A stretch of DNA of 64,000 nt from an uncultured Alphaproteobacteria bacterium. GTDB lineage: Bacteria > Pseudomonadota > Alphaproteobacteria > Rhizobiales > Xanthobacteraceae. The DNA lies in assembly GCA_963736075.1 (NCBI GenBank), contig CAVTNW010000013.1:57913-121912 (forward strand). Reading direction: 5' to 3'. Numbering within the stretch: position 1 is the stretch's first letter; every line of letters starts with the position of its first letter. Shown in pieces: positions 47,846 to 57,198 of this stretch. Made by a program: the position numbers and the translations under genes. The notes below the pieces were generated by a model, which had not been told where the DNA came from, searched no databases, and saw only the letters and a program-made list of their open reading frames with translations.

Positions 47846-48634
47846 TTGGACGTCCTCTCGGAACGTCAATCTCACCCCTGCGGAAAACAGACCCGACCGA
47901 CCGGGCGGAATACCGCAGTGCCCCATTCAAAAACCAGACCTCCGTTGGACAACAAATTGTTGGCGGCTCTGCCGCGCCATCATTTCGAATTGCTGGTGCC
48001 CTCAATGGCGACGGTCGCTTTCGCGCAGGGAGCCGTGTTGTCGGAACCCGGTGATGAGATTGCCGACGTGTACTTTCCGCACGACGGCATGATCTCCATG
48101 CTCGCGGTGATGCGGGATGGCAAGGCCATTGAAACTGCGACGGTGGGGCGCGAAGGCGTGGTTGGCGCAATGGCTGGATTGGGCTTGTACAAATCGCTGG
48201 TGCGCATGGTCGTGCAGCTTCCCATGAGCGCCACCAAACTTTCCGCGGCCAGTTTCAGGAAGGGGGTTCAAAAAAGCGATGTCATTCGTGATCTTTGCAT
48301 CGACTTCAACGAGGTTCTGCTGTCGCAGGCGCGGGTGACGGCGGCGTGCAATGCGCTGCACCCGATCGAACAGCGTTTCTGTCGTTGGCTGTTGCAATCG
48401 GCTGATCGGGCCGGTGGCGACAAGATCGCGCTGACCCAGGAGTTCTTGGCTGAAATGCTCGGCGTACGGCGGACGTCGGTGACGGAAATCGCCAGCAAGA
48501 TCCAGGCGCAAGGCCTCATTTCCTATTCCAGGGGCCTGATTACGATATTGGATCGAAAAAGCCTTGAGAACTTATCGTGCGAGTGTTTCCAGACTCTGCT
48601 GGACCAGTCCGCCATGTTGCCGACCATCCGCTAG
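47846..48634 (+). CDS. Crp/Fnr-family transcriptional regulator
   Basis: cNMP-binding-like beta-barrel (FPHDGMISMLAVMRDGKAIETATVGREGVVG) and a C-terminal HTH (LTQEFLAEMLGVRRTSVTEIASKIQ). The true start is probably the in-frame GTG at 47918. Confidence 0.85.
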   Translation: MDVLSERQSHPCGKQTRPTGRNTAVPHSKTRPPLDNKLLAALPRHHFELLVPSMATVAFAQGAVLSEPGDEIADVYFPHDGMISMLAVMRDGKAIETATVGREGVVGAMAGLGLYKSLVRMVVQLPMSATKLSAASFRKGVQKSDVIRDLCIDFNEVLLSQARVTAACNALHPIEQRFCRWLLQSADRAGGDKIALTQEFLAEMLGVRRTSVTEIASKIQAQGLISYSRGLITILDRKSLENLSCECFQTLLDQSAMLPTIR

Positions 48635-48858
48635 TCTCCCGAGGGCAGGACGTTCCGGCCGATCAGGGCTTGGGGCGCGAATATTTCGCCCGCGCCTGGG
48701 CATCCCGCTTTCCCTATATTGAAGCGCGGGGAACGCCATGGCGCGATCGTGCCGCGACCCTTGCCAGGGAACGCGAAACCGTCCTCGGACTTTACCTGAA
48801 GCGAAAATCGGAACCGACGCGAAAGCCACGCCCAACGGCAAGCCACGGAGGCGTTCCC

Positions 48859-50337
48859 TTGCAGAGCAGTATCAGTGCGCGAACGTCGGACGCGCGTTCA
48901 ACGCCGCGCGACGACGCCCCGGTAAAGACGAACATCCCGGCGCGGCTCGACCGGCTGCCCTGGAGCCGATTTCATTTGCTCATTGTCATTGGGCTCGGGG
49001 TCACCTGGATCTTGGACGGGCTGGAAGTCACGATCGTCGGCGCGCTCGGGCCGGCGTTGCAGAGCGCTCAGACGTTACACCTCTCGAGCACGAATTTAGG
49101 TGCGGTGGCATCGCTTTATGTGGTCGGAGCGGTGTCCGGCGCGCTGGTTTCCGGTTGGGTCACCGACCGCTTCGGCCGTCGTCTGGTGTTCTACGCGACC
49201 CTGATCGTCTACCTGGCGGGCGTATTGCTGAGCGCGTTGGCCTGGAATTTTTTAAGTTTTGCCCTGTTCCGGATGCTGACCGGCATGGGGATCGGCGGCG
49301 AATATTCCGCCGTCAACTCGGCGATCGACGAACTCATCCCCGCGAAATATCGCGGGCGCGTCGACCTCATTGTCAATGGCAGCTTCTGGCTAGGAGCGGC
49401 CGCAGGAGCGGCGGTGACGCCGCTGTTGCTCGATCAGAACCTGTTTCCGGTCGATGTCGGCTGGCGGCTTGGCTTCGGGATCGGCGGCGTGCTGGGGCTG
49501 TCGATCCTGCTGCTGCGCCGCTTCGTGCCGGAAAGTCCGCGCTGGCTGGTGACGCATTGCCGGACCGCGGAAGCCGAGCAGACCGTCGATGACATCGAGA
49601 AACACGTTACGTCATCGACGGGAACCGAGCTGGCGCCGCCGCAAGGCAGCCTGACCGTGCATCCCCGAAAATCCTTCGGACTGGGGATCATCTTTGCCTC
49701 CATGCTGGGAGAGCATCGCGCCCGCAGCGCGCTGGCACTGGTTCTGATGGTGGCGCAATCATTTCTCTATAATTCGGTGTTCTTCAGCTACGGCCTGATC
49801 CTGTCGCACTTTTATGGCGTGCCGGAACAGCACGTTGGCTATTACATCCTGCCGATGGCGCTCGGCAATTTTTGCGGGCCGCTGTTCCTGGGGACGTTGT
49901 TCGACACCGTCGGCCGCCGCAAGATGATCGGCGGCACGTTCCTGGTCAGCGGCATTCTTCTGCTCCTCACGGCTTTATTGTTCGGAGCGGGCTGGCTCAG
50001 CGCCGTGACCCAGACCGCGGCATGGCTGGTGATCTTCTTCTTCGCATCGGCCGCGGCCAGTTCAGCCTATCTCACCGCCAGCGAGATATTTCCGCTGGAG
50101 ACCAGGGCGCTTGCCATCGCGTGCTTCTATGCCCTCGGCACCGCGATCGGCGGCAGCCTGTCGCCGCTGCTGTTCGGCTGGCTGATCGGTTTCGGATCAA
50201 GCTGGATGGTCAGTATCGGTTACACGATCGCGGCGCTGTTACTCTTGATTGCAGCCATCACGGAATGGAAGCTCGGGATCGACGCCGAGGGCAAGTCGCT
50301 CGAAAGCATCGCGAGACCGCTTTCGAGCCATGGATGA
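48859..50337 (+). CDS. MFS transporter (sugar-porter/metabolite:H+ symporter-like)
   Basis: The TTG start at 48859 is preceded by GGAGG (48847-48851). 12 TM segments, with motif DRFGRR in loop 2-3. The ORF-track start at 48577 overlaps the Crp gene. Confidence 0.8.
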   Translation: MQSSISARTSDARSTPRDDAPVKTNIPARLDRLPWSRFHLLIVIGLGVTWILDGLEVTIVGALGPALQSAQTLHLSSTNLGAVASLYVVGAVSGALVSGWVTDRFGRRLVFYATLIVYLAGVLLSALAWNFLSFALFRMLTGMGIGGEYSAVNSAIDELIPAKYRGRVDLIVNGSFWLGAAAGAAVTPLLLDQNLFPVDVGWRLGFGIGGVLGLSILLLRRFVPESPRWLVTHCRTAEAEQTVDDIEKHVTSSTGTELAPPQGSLTVHPRKSFGLGIIFASMLGEHRARSALALVLMVAQSFLYNSVFFSYGLILSHFYGVPEQHVGYYILPMALGNFCGPLFLGTLFDTVGRRKMIGGTFLVSGILLLLTALLFGAGWLSAVTQTAAWLVIFFFASAAASSAYLTASEIFPLETRALAIACFYALGTAIGGSLSPLLFGWLIGFGSSWMVSIGYTIAALLLLIAAITEWKLGIDAEGKSLESIARPLSSHG

Positions 50338-50570
50338 GCCTTTCGCGGCTATCTTTCGGGAGGACGCGGCTCCTCAGGGGACGCTGAATTTCATGACGGC
50401 GGAACATAGCCGTTCTGAACTCAGTGGCGGAGACGGCCCGACCAACCGCCTGCCGTCAGATCCGGTTGAACGGCGCGAAAGCCCTCGGAACTACTCTCCC
50501 AAGGAAATTGTGCGCTGATGTCCGGAAATATCAATTGCAGACACAGGAAGTCATCATTGCCATAGAACCA

Positions 50571-50939
50571 TCAACTCCATCCGAGATGTTCTCGGTAGTA
50601 TTGCGGTGCAACGGGCAGCAGAACCGCGGGCAAATTTTGAAAAATATCACCCTCACGTATCCCAATGCCGAAGCGCTTACCGGCCTGCAGCTCCTGATAC
50701 ATGTGCCAATAAGTATCGTGCGCCACACGGCTTTGGAGGCCAAACACGATCAGCTCTGGAAACTCGAACCTCAGCCAGAATCCGGTCGTGTAGCTGAACG
50801 CGGGCTTTCCCTGCTCGGCTCCAACGTGCGTTGTGAACCAGCCATGCTCGCGGATGTTCGCCACGAAATTCCGTTCATGGGCATCCAGCAAGGCCGGATC
50901 GGTATCAAGCGCGGTGAAAATTGGCAATCGCGATCTCAC
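50571..50939 (-). CDS. DUF4262-like small protein
   Basis: 122 aa with a GTG start. The pattern HGW....V......P.F.YT.G....FE.PELIVFGL matches my recollection of DUF4262. Lower GC than the flanking genes. Confidence 0.5.
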   Translation of the reverse strand: MRSRLPIFTALDTDPALLDAHERNFVANIREHGWFTTHVGAEQGKPAFSYTTGFWLRFEFPELIVFGLQSRVAHDTYWHMYQELQAGKRFGIGIREGDIFQNLPAVLLPVAPQYYREHLGWS

Positions 50940-50976
50940 ATCCTACTGCCAGCACATCGGGACCTGACAGCGTCCG

Positions 50977-52005
50977 CTATTTCGCGACAAATCCCGCTTC
51001 CATCATCAGCGATCTGTTCAGCGCGTCATCTTCCTCGAGGAATTTCAACATATCTTTGCCGGTCAGGAAGATCGGCTTCAGCGCCTGCTCTTCCATGTAA
51101 TCCCTGTATTCCGGCGTCTGCGTCACCTTCTGGAACAAATTGACGTAGAATGCCTTTTGCTCCTCCGTCACCTTGCCCGGCAGGAACATGGCGCGCAGCA
51201 TCAGGTACTGGATGTCGAGGCCCTCCTCCCTGCAGGTCGGGATGTCGTTCCACGACTTCGTACCGGTCACCCTGGTGGTGTAGCTGATCCGCTCCCGGTC
51301 GAACACGCAGAGCGGGCGGACCTGGCCGGCGCGCCAGACTTCCAGATTTTCGGATGGATTATTGACGTTGGATTCGGTGTGGTTGCCGACCAGCTGCGTC
51401 GCCGCCTCGCCGCCGGACTTGTAGGGTAGATAGGCAAATTTCGCGCCGGTCTTTTCTTCGAGGAACACGGTGAGGACATTGTCCTCGCGCTTCGATCCGG
51501 TGCCGCCCATCTTGAAGGGCGGATTGGCGGCCTTGGCGGCTTCGATGAAATCCTTCAGGCTCTTCGGCCCGGCGATATTGTCCCACAGCACGAACTGATC
51601 GAGGGCGACCACCGAAACCGCCGTCAGCTCGCGCCAGTTGAAGGGGATTTTCGCCGACAGCGGCAGCATGTAGATCACCGAATTGGCAATCAGCACCTTG
51701 TTGGGATCGCCTTCGCTCGATTTCATGTACATCAGCGCTTCGGCTCCCGATGCACCGCCCTTCAGCGACACCACCATCGGCGCCTTCATCAGATTGTTTC
51801 TCTGGATCGCCTGCTGCATCATTCGCGCCATCTGGTCGGAGGCGCCAGCGGCACCCGCCGCCACCACAATTTCAACGGGTTTGGTGGGCTCCCAGCCAGC
51901 CACGGCCGGCGCACCCGCCATCATGGCAGCCATCACGGCCAGGGCTTTGATGGAATGTCGCAAGGTTTCTTCCCGGTAGCTGTTGCGCCCGCGAGTTCCG
52001 GGCAT
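50977..52005 (-). CDS. tripartite tricarboxylate transporter substrate-binding protein (Bug/TctC family)
   Basis: Signal peptide and Bug-family core (PVEIVVAAGAAGASDQMARMM...). About 330-342 aa, with an alternative TTG start at 51963. Confidence 0.9.
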   Translation of the reverse strand: MPGTRGRNSYREETLRHSIKALAVMAAMMAGAPAVAGWEPTKPVEIVVAAGAAGASDQMARMMQQAIQRNNLMKAPMVVSLKGGASGAEALMYMKSSEGDPNKVLIANSVIYMLPLSAKIPFNWRELTAVSVVALDQFVLWDNIAGPKSLKDFIEAAKAANPPFKMGGTGSKREDNVLTVFLEEKTGAKFAYLPYKSGGEAATQLVGNHTESNVNNPSENLEVWRAGQVRPLCVFDRERISYTTRVTGTKSWNDIPTCREEGLDIQYLMLRAMFLPGKVTEEQKAFYVNLFQKVTQTPEYRDYMEEQALKPIFLTGKDMLKFLEEDDALNRSLMMEAGFVAK

Positions 52006-52192
52006 TGTTCGTTTGTCGCATTGTGCGGGCTTATGCCTTTGACTTCAAGCCGGCCCGCTGTTCCCGGCCATGATGTTCGCGTGAGATCGCAGTCGCTTGG
52101 ACGCGATTGTTAACCATTGCCCGTGGGGCCTGGCGCAGACATCGCATCTGCTGCTGGCTTGGGACGCCCGCCTTGATGGATCAATCCGAACG

Positions 52193-52218
52193 GGCGGAAC
52201 AGGCATCGCCGTTCCGCC
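52193..52218 (-). terminator. stem-loop downstream of the hydrolase gene (candidate intrinsic terminator)
   Basis: Perfect 8-bp stem GGCGGAAC/GTTCCGCC with a 10-nt loop, 10 nt past the stop codon on the minus strand. It is followed by CGTTCGGATTGAT, which is only a weak U-tract. Confidence 0.35.
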
Positions 52219-52227
52219 ACGATCAAG

Positions 52228-53325
52228 CTATTTCGCCAGGTATTGATCGAAGAACGCGGTGATCTCGCCGAACGCCTCTTTGGTCTCGGGAGCCATGGGA
52301 TCGAACAGGTATTGCGCATGCGAAAGCCCCTCGAACACCTGCAGATCCGCCCTCACACCGGCTTCGCGCAACTTTCGATGGGTGCGGACGGTGTTTGACA
52401 GAAACAGGTCCCGCGTTCCCGTGGTCAGGATCGTCGGCGGGAAGCCATGAAAGTCGCCATAGATCGGCGACAGCTGCGGATCCTTCAGATCGTGACCGTT
52501 GGCATAGAGTGCCGCCGCGCGGCTCAGATAGCCACTGTAGCTGACGAGAACGTTGTCCAACCACTCATTGGTCTTGTAACTGTCTCCGGTCTCCGTCAGA
52601 TCGGCCCAAGGCGTACCGGGTGCGATGGCTGCCGGCAAAGCCAGCCCTTCCTGCTTGGCGCGCAGGATCATCGCCAGCGTCATGCCGCCGCCGGTCGAAG
52701 TTCCGACGATAGCCATGCGGCTCGGGTCCTGCATGGCGAGCGCCGCCTTCCACACCGCCATGGCATCGTCCATCGCGGCCGGATAGGGCGCATCGGGCGG
52801 CATGCGGTAGTCGAATTCGATCACCTTGTAGCCGCCGTAGGCAGCCATCAGCATGGCCTCGCCCGTGCCCGCCTCGCCGGGGCCGTAGACGTAGCCGCCG
52901 CCGTGAACGTTGATGATGAGCTGATTGCGGTGGGCGTCGGGCATGGCCTTGGGCGTGAAGATGAACCCCTTGACGCCCCCGATCACCGTCGGCTCCATGC
53001 TGACCCCGAGCATCTCCCGCGCCTTTGCCAGTCCGGGAAGCGAGGCATCGGCGAGCTTCTTGACCAGCGCGCGCCATTCGTCTGCCGAGGCGGGGTAGGC
53101 GTTCCAGGCCGGCACACGGTAGGGCGCGGCAATCAGCGCCTGCGCCGCCGCGTCGACGTCCTGCGGCACGGGTACGATCCTGGCGGGCAAGCTGCGCGGA
53201 CCAGCCACGGCATTGGCGGCATTCTGTGAGGATTCAAGGGCGGAAAAATCGGGCGCCTGGGCAACGGCAGCTGTCGTTATCGTGCAGGCCAGGGCCACCG
53301 TCACCAAACGGGCAGTTATTAACAT
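52228..53325 (-). CDS. secreted alpha/beta hydrolase (esterase/lipase, HSL-like fold-3 family)
   Basis: Starts at ATG 53325 with GGGAGGAG upstream. Signal peptide MLITARLVTVALACTITTAAVAQA. HGGG oxyanion motif (NVHGGGY) and a GTSTGG nucleophile elbow. Confidence 0.85.
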   Translation of the reverse strand: MLITARLVTVALACTITTAAVAQAPDFSALESSQNAANAVAGPRSLPARIVPVPQDVDAAAQALIAAPYRVPAWNAYPASADEWRALVKKLADASLPGLAKAREMLGVSMEPTVIGGVKGFIFTPKAMPDAHRNQLIINVHGGGYVYGPGEAGTGEAMLMAAYGGYKVIEFDYRMPPDAPYPAAMDDAMAVWKAALAMQDPSRMAIVGTSTGGGMTLAMILRAKQEGLALPAAIAPGTPWADLTETGDSYKTNEWLDNVLVSYSGYLSRAAALYANGHDLKDPQLSPIYGDFHGFPPTILTTGTRDLFLSNTVRTHRKLREAGVRADLQVFEGLSHAQYLFDPMAPETKEAFGEITAFFDQYLAK

Positions 53326-53399
53326 CGGCTCCTCCCAACCTTTCCTTGAACCCCTTTCGCTCGGCTGCGGGAGCCAGAGCAATACCCTCGTGAAACCCC

Positions 53400-54206
53400 C
53401 TATTTCCCCTTCCACTGCGGCGTGCGCTTGTTGAGAAAGGCGTCCATGCCCTCGCGAAAATCCTCGCTCATATAGGCGCGCAGGATCAGATCTTCGCCCT
53501 CATCGCGCGACAGCGTGCGGCGGATGCGGCGTACCGCTTCCTTGGTCACCTCCAGGGTGATCGGGGCGTGGCCTTTGACCAGTTCCGCGGTCTCGCTGGC
53601 GCGGCGCTGCAGCATGGCGACGTCGGGCACCACTTCGTTGAGCAGGCCGAGCGCCAGCGCCTCGTCGGCTTCGACCAGCCTCGCCTTGAAAATAAGATCC
53701 TTGGTCCGGGCCGGGCCGATCAAGGACACCAGCCTGGAGATGTTGGACATCGACAGGCAATTGCCGAGCGTACGCGCGATCGGAAAGCCGATCCGGGTAG
53801 CTGACGTGCCGATACGGATATCGCAGCACGCGGCAATCCCTGCGCCGCCGCCGGTGCAGGCTCCGGCAATGGCCGCAATGGTCGGGACACGGACCTGTTC
53901 GAGCGCGCCCAGCACGCGATCGATCCGCCCTTCGTAATCGAGCGCATCCTGCGCGGTCTTGAAGGCGCGGAATTGCGAGATGTCGGTGCCCGAGGCAAAC
54001 GCCTTGTCGCCGGCACCGGTCAGGATCATGGCTTTGATCGAGCGGTCGGCATTGACCTCTTCGCAGATCGCTGCCATCCGCTCGTACATCGCAAAAGTCA
54101 GCGCATTGCGCGCCTGCGGCCGGTTGAAGGTCAGCCGGGCAATGCCGTCATCGACGACATAAAGCAGGTCGTCATTGGCTCCCACTGGGGCATTCATGAC
54201 CGTCAA
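53400..54206 (-). CDS. enoyl-CoA hydratase/isomerase (crotonase) family protein
   Basis: Crotonase motif LTGAGDKAFASGTDISQF. The TTG start at 54206 is in a TTGA overlap, with an alternative ATG at 54197. Confidence 0.9.
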   Translation of the reverse strand: MTVMNAPVGANDDLLYVVDDGIARLTFNRPQARNALTFAMYERMAAICEEVNADRSIKAMILTGAGDKAFASGTDISQFRAFKTAQDALDYEGRIDRVLGALEQVRVPTIAAIAGACTGGGAGIAACCDIRIGTSATRIGFPIARTLGNCLSMSNISRLVSLIGPARTKDLIFKARLVEADEALALGLLNEVVPDVAMLQRRASETAELVKGHAPITLEVTKEAVRRIRRTLSRDEGEDLILRAYMSEDFREGMDAFLNKRTPQWKGK

Positions 54207-55408
54207 GCCACCGCGGCCTTGGGCTTCGCCGCTGGCGCCGTCTCGCGGGATTTCAGCACGTCCATGGCGGCGAGCACGCCGCCGGCTCGGTGCGGCACCT
54301 TGGCGAGATCGAGGCCCATTTCAACGCCCGACAGCGTTCCCATCAGCATCAGGTCGTTGAAATGGCCGAGGTGGCCGATCCGGAAGGCCCGGCCCTTGAG
54401 CTTTCCTAATCCGGTACCGAGCGACATGTCGAAGTTTTCCAGCACCACCTTGCGGAAGGCGTCGGCGTCATGGCCGTCGGGTACCATGACCGCGGTCAGG
54501 GCCGGCGAATAGCTGTGCGGATCGAGGCAGACGAGGTCGAGGCCCCAGGCTTTGACCGCCGCGCGGGTCGCCGCGCCATGGCGAAGGTGCCGCGCGAACA
54601 CATGGTCGAGGCTTTCCTCTTCCAGCATCGCGATCGCTTCCTTCAGCGCGAACAACAGATTGGTCGCCGGCGTATAGGGGAAGGTGCCCTGCTTGTTCAT
54701 CGCGATCATGTCGTGCCAATCCCAATAGGACCGCAACGAGCTGTTGGCCTTGGAGACCGCCAGCGCCTTTTCCGAGAGCGCGTTAAAACTCAGCCCGGGC
54801 GGCAGCATCATGCCCTTCTGCGAGCCGGCCACCGAGATGTCGATGCCCCAGGCGTCGTGCTCATATTCCAGCGCGGCGAGGCCCGAGATGGTGTCGACCA
54901 TCAAGAGCGCCGGGTGCCTGGTTCGATTGAGAGCCTTGCGGACTTCCAGCGGATGGGTGACGCAGCCGGTCGAGGTCTCGTTATGCACCACGCAGACGGC
55001 CTTGATCTTGTGCCCACGGTCGGCGGCGAGTTTCGATTCTATCTCCTCGACATTGGCGCCGCGGCGCCAATCGGTGGGCATGAAGTCGACGTCGAGCTTG
55101 AACTTTTCGGCAATGCCACGCCACAGCACCGCGAACTGGCCGGTCTCCGCCATCAAGACCTTGTCGCCGGGGGACAGGGTATTGACGATGGCCGCCTCCC
55201 AGGCGCCAGTCCCCGAGGAGGGAAAGATGATGACCGGCTGCTCGGTGCGAAAGATGCGCTGCATCCCGGCCAGGACGGCATGACCGAGCTCGGCGAATTC
55301 GGGACCGCGATGGTCGAGCGTCGGCATGTCCATGGCCCGCAGCACCCGGTCGGGCACGTTGGTCGGACCTGGAATCTGGAGAAAATGCCTGCCAGTGTGC
55401 AAGGTCAT
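54203..55408 (-). CDS. class V aminotransferase (serine/alanine-glyoxylate aminotransferase-like)
   Basis: 401 aa. PLP-lysine context VAGSQKGMMLPPGLSF, typical of SGAT/AGXT enzymes. Confidence 0.85.
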   Translation of the reverse strand: MTLHTGRHFLQIPGPTNVPDRVLRAMDMPTLDHRGPEFAELGHAVLAGMQRIFRTEQPVIIFPSSGTGAWEAAIVNTLSPGDKVLMAETGQFAVLWRGIAEKFKLDVDFMPTDWRRGANVEEIESKLAADRGHKIKAVCVVHNETSTGCVTHPLEVRKALNRTRHPALLMVDTISGLAALEYEHDAWGIDISVAGSQKGMMLPPGLSFNALSEKALAVSKANSSLRSYWDWHDMIAMNKQGTFPYTPATNLLFALKEAIAMLEEESLDHVFARHLRHGAATRAAVKAWGLDLVCLDPHSYSPALTAVMVPDGHDADAFRKVVLENFDMSLGTGLGKLKGRAFRIGHLGHFNDLMLMGTLSGVEMGLDLAKVPHRAGGVLAAMDVLKSRETAPAAKPKAAVA

Positions 55409-55530
55409 GAGGGCGTCCTTCCCGGGGAATCCTTAGGGTTCTGCGAGCGCTCGAATAACACGATCGATCCGGCTTGTCCCCTGCCCGGTCGGCGCCGTCA
55501 ATCCCCGGAAATGCCGGCTTTGGCCGGCCT

Positions 55531-56814
55531 TCAGGCCGCCGGCAACGGACGTCCCGCGGAAGGCCTGACCCCGACCTCCTGAAAGGGCGTCTCCGGATGC
55601 ATCAAGAGGGCGCAGAAACCGCCCAGCAGCAACAGACCCATCGACATCAGGAACGGCAGATACCAGTTGCCGGTGATGTCGATCACGTAACCGGCGACCA
55701 GCGGCGACACGATCGCCGCCAGCGCCGAGCCGGTATTCATCAGGCCGGCGGCAGTGCCCGAATATTTCGGGGCAATGTCCATCGGCACCGACCACATCGG
55801 GCCGATCACGAGTTCGGCAAAGAAAAACCCACTGGAGAGGCACAGTGCGACCACCGTGATGTCGTGGAGGAACAGGATCGGCAGCAGCGAGACCAACGCG
55901 CCGGCAAAGCCGGTGATGGTGACGCTGAGGCGCGCAAAGCGGACGTTGCCAGTGATCTTGAGGATGCGGTCGGAGAGGATGCCGCCCAGGCTGTCGCCGA
56001 CGACGCCGGCAAAGAATACCCCGGAAGCGAACAGGGCCGAATTCTTGATATCCAGGCTGTAGTTGTTCTTGAAGAAAAGCGGCAGCCAGTTGAGGTACAG
56101 CCACAGCGTCCAGCCATAGCAAAAATAGGTCAGCGTGACCGGCCACATCCGGCGCAACAGCGCACCCCAGGGCACCTCGGGCCGCTTGTTGAGCGGGCGC
56201 GGCGGCAGCGTCGCCAATTCGGCATCGCTGATGGCGGGATGATCCTTGGGCTCATTGCGGAAATACAGCGCCCAGACCACGCCCCAGACGAGGCTGACCA
56301 GCCCCAGCGCCACAAAGGATCCGCGCCAGGTCAGCCAGAACATCAACGCGGCAATCAGCGGCGGCGTGATCGCGTTGCCGAGCCGGGCAAACGCGTGGGT
56401 CAGCCCTTGCGCGAAACCGCGCTGCACCGCCGGCGTCCAGTATTGCATCGCGCGCGTGGCGGTCGGGAAGGTGGCGCCTTCGCCAAAACCCAGCGCAACG
56501 CGCGCCATGAACAGGGTCGGCAGGCTGTTGACAAAGCCGGTCATGATGGTCGAAGCCGCCCAGATCATGCCGCACCAGAACAGGGTCTTGCGCGGCCCGA
56601 AGCGATCCCCGACCCAGCCGCCGATCACCTGGAACAGCAGATAGGGATAGGCAAAGGCCGAGAACGCAAAGCCAAGCTGGGTATTGCTGAGCCGGAGCTC
56701 TTTCTGAATTTCGCTGGCCGCAGTCGAGATGTTGACCCGGTCGATATAGGTGATGAAGTACATGATGCACAGCATCGCCAGCACGACATGGGTGGCCTTG
56801 AACCGAAGCCGCAT
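55531..56814 (-). CDS. MFS transporter (anion:cation symporter/ACS-like)
   Basis: 427 aa with 12 TM segments. N-terminus FITYIDRVNISTA and a GDRFGPRK loop motif. Confidence 0.9.
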   Translation of the reverse strand: MRLRFKATHVVLAMLCIMYFITYIDRVNISTAASEIQKELRLSNTQLGFAFSAFAYPYLLFQVIGGWVGDRFGPRKTLFWCGMIWAASTIMTGFVNSLPTLFMARVALGFGEGATFPTATRAMQYWTPAVQRGFAQGLTHAFARLGNAITPPLIAALMFWLTWRGSFVALGLVSLVWGVVWALYFRNEPKDHPAISDAELATLPPRPLNKRPEVPWGALLRRMWPVTLTYFCYGWTLWLYLNWLPLFFKNNYSLDIKNSALFASGVFFAGVVGDSLGGILSDRILKITGNVRFARLSVTITGFAGALVSLLPILFLHDITVVALCLSSGFFFAELVIGPMWSVPMDIAPKYSGTAAGLMNTGSALAAIVSPLVAGYVIDITGNWYLPFLMSMGLLLLGGFCALLMHPETPFQEVGVRPSAGRPLPAA

Positions 56815-56902
56815 TTGTTTCCTCCGCTTGTTCTTGTCATCGCCGCGGCGCCCCTACAGGACGCTTGGCTTGTTGGCTGCTCAATGAGCAGCTTTTGGTT
56901 GT

Positions 56903-56916
56903 AAGATTATAATCTT
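56903..56916. promoter_or_regulatory. perfect 14-bp palindrome AAGATTATAATCTT in AT-rich divergent intergenic region
   Basis: The palindrome is self-complementary (verified by hand) and contains TATAAT on both strands. TTGACA abuts it at 56915-56920. It lies between the divergent MFS gene and the FAD/Fe-S oxidase gene. Confidence 0.3.
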
Positions 56917-57198
56917 GACATCTTTAGATGCGGCGCGGGATTGCATTCCATTCACCACCCTATTGCATTCAGTTTCATTCACATCAACCAGGATTCTGTT
57001 TACAATACTGCAACGACTTCCCCGCCAAGGCACAGGTTCCGGCCATGAAGCTGATGGTTCCAAATGACGCCACTTGGATCTCGGTCGCGGCCGGCGCAGC
57101 TTGCGACCGGGAGGCGACATGGCATCCGGCGGCCGGGTCCCCAAGCGCCAGCTATGCGAAATGCCCGCCATCTCGCGCGCGGGACCGGCGGGAGCGGG

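Noticed and set aside
50330-50518. 62-codon ORF overlapping the MFS transporter stop (MDEPFAAIFRED...)
   Set aside because: It has no ribosome-binding site. Third-position GC is much lower than in real genes here (about 12 of the first 20 codons). It lies in the convergent 3' spacer.
52173-52184. TTGATGGATCAA, which resembles an FNR/FixK box
   Set aside because: The half-sites TTGAT/ATCAA are separated by 2 nt instead of the 4 nt required by the TTGAT-N4-ATCAA consensus. It is probably fortuitous.
55474-56904. 476-aa ORF on the plus strand
   Set aside because: It is antisense to the MFS transporter gene and extremely Arg/Gln/His/Pro-rich. Other long antisense ORFs were rejected for the same reason: 54470-55582, 14221-15513, 8893-10086, 7698-8738, 33226-34212, 57214-58233 and 58384-59499.
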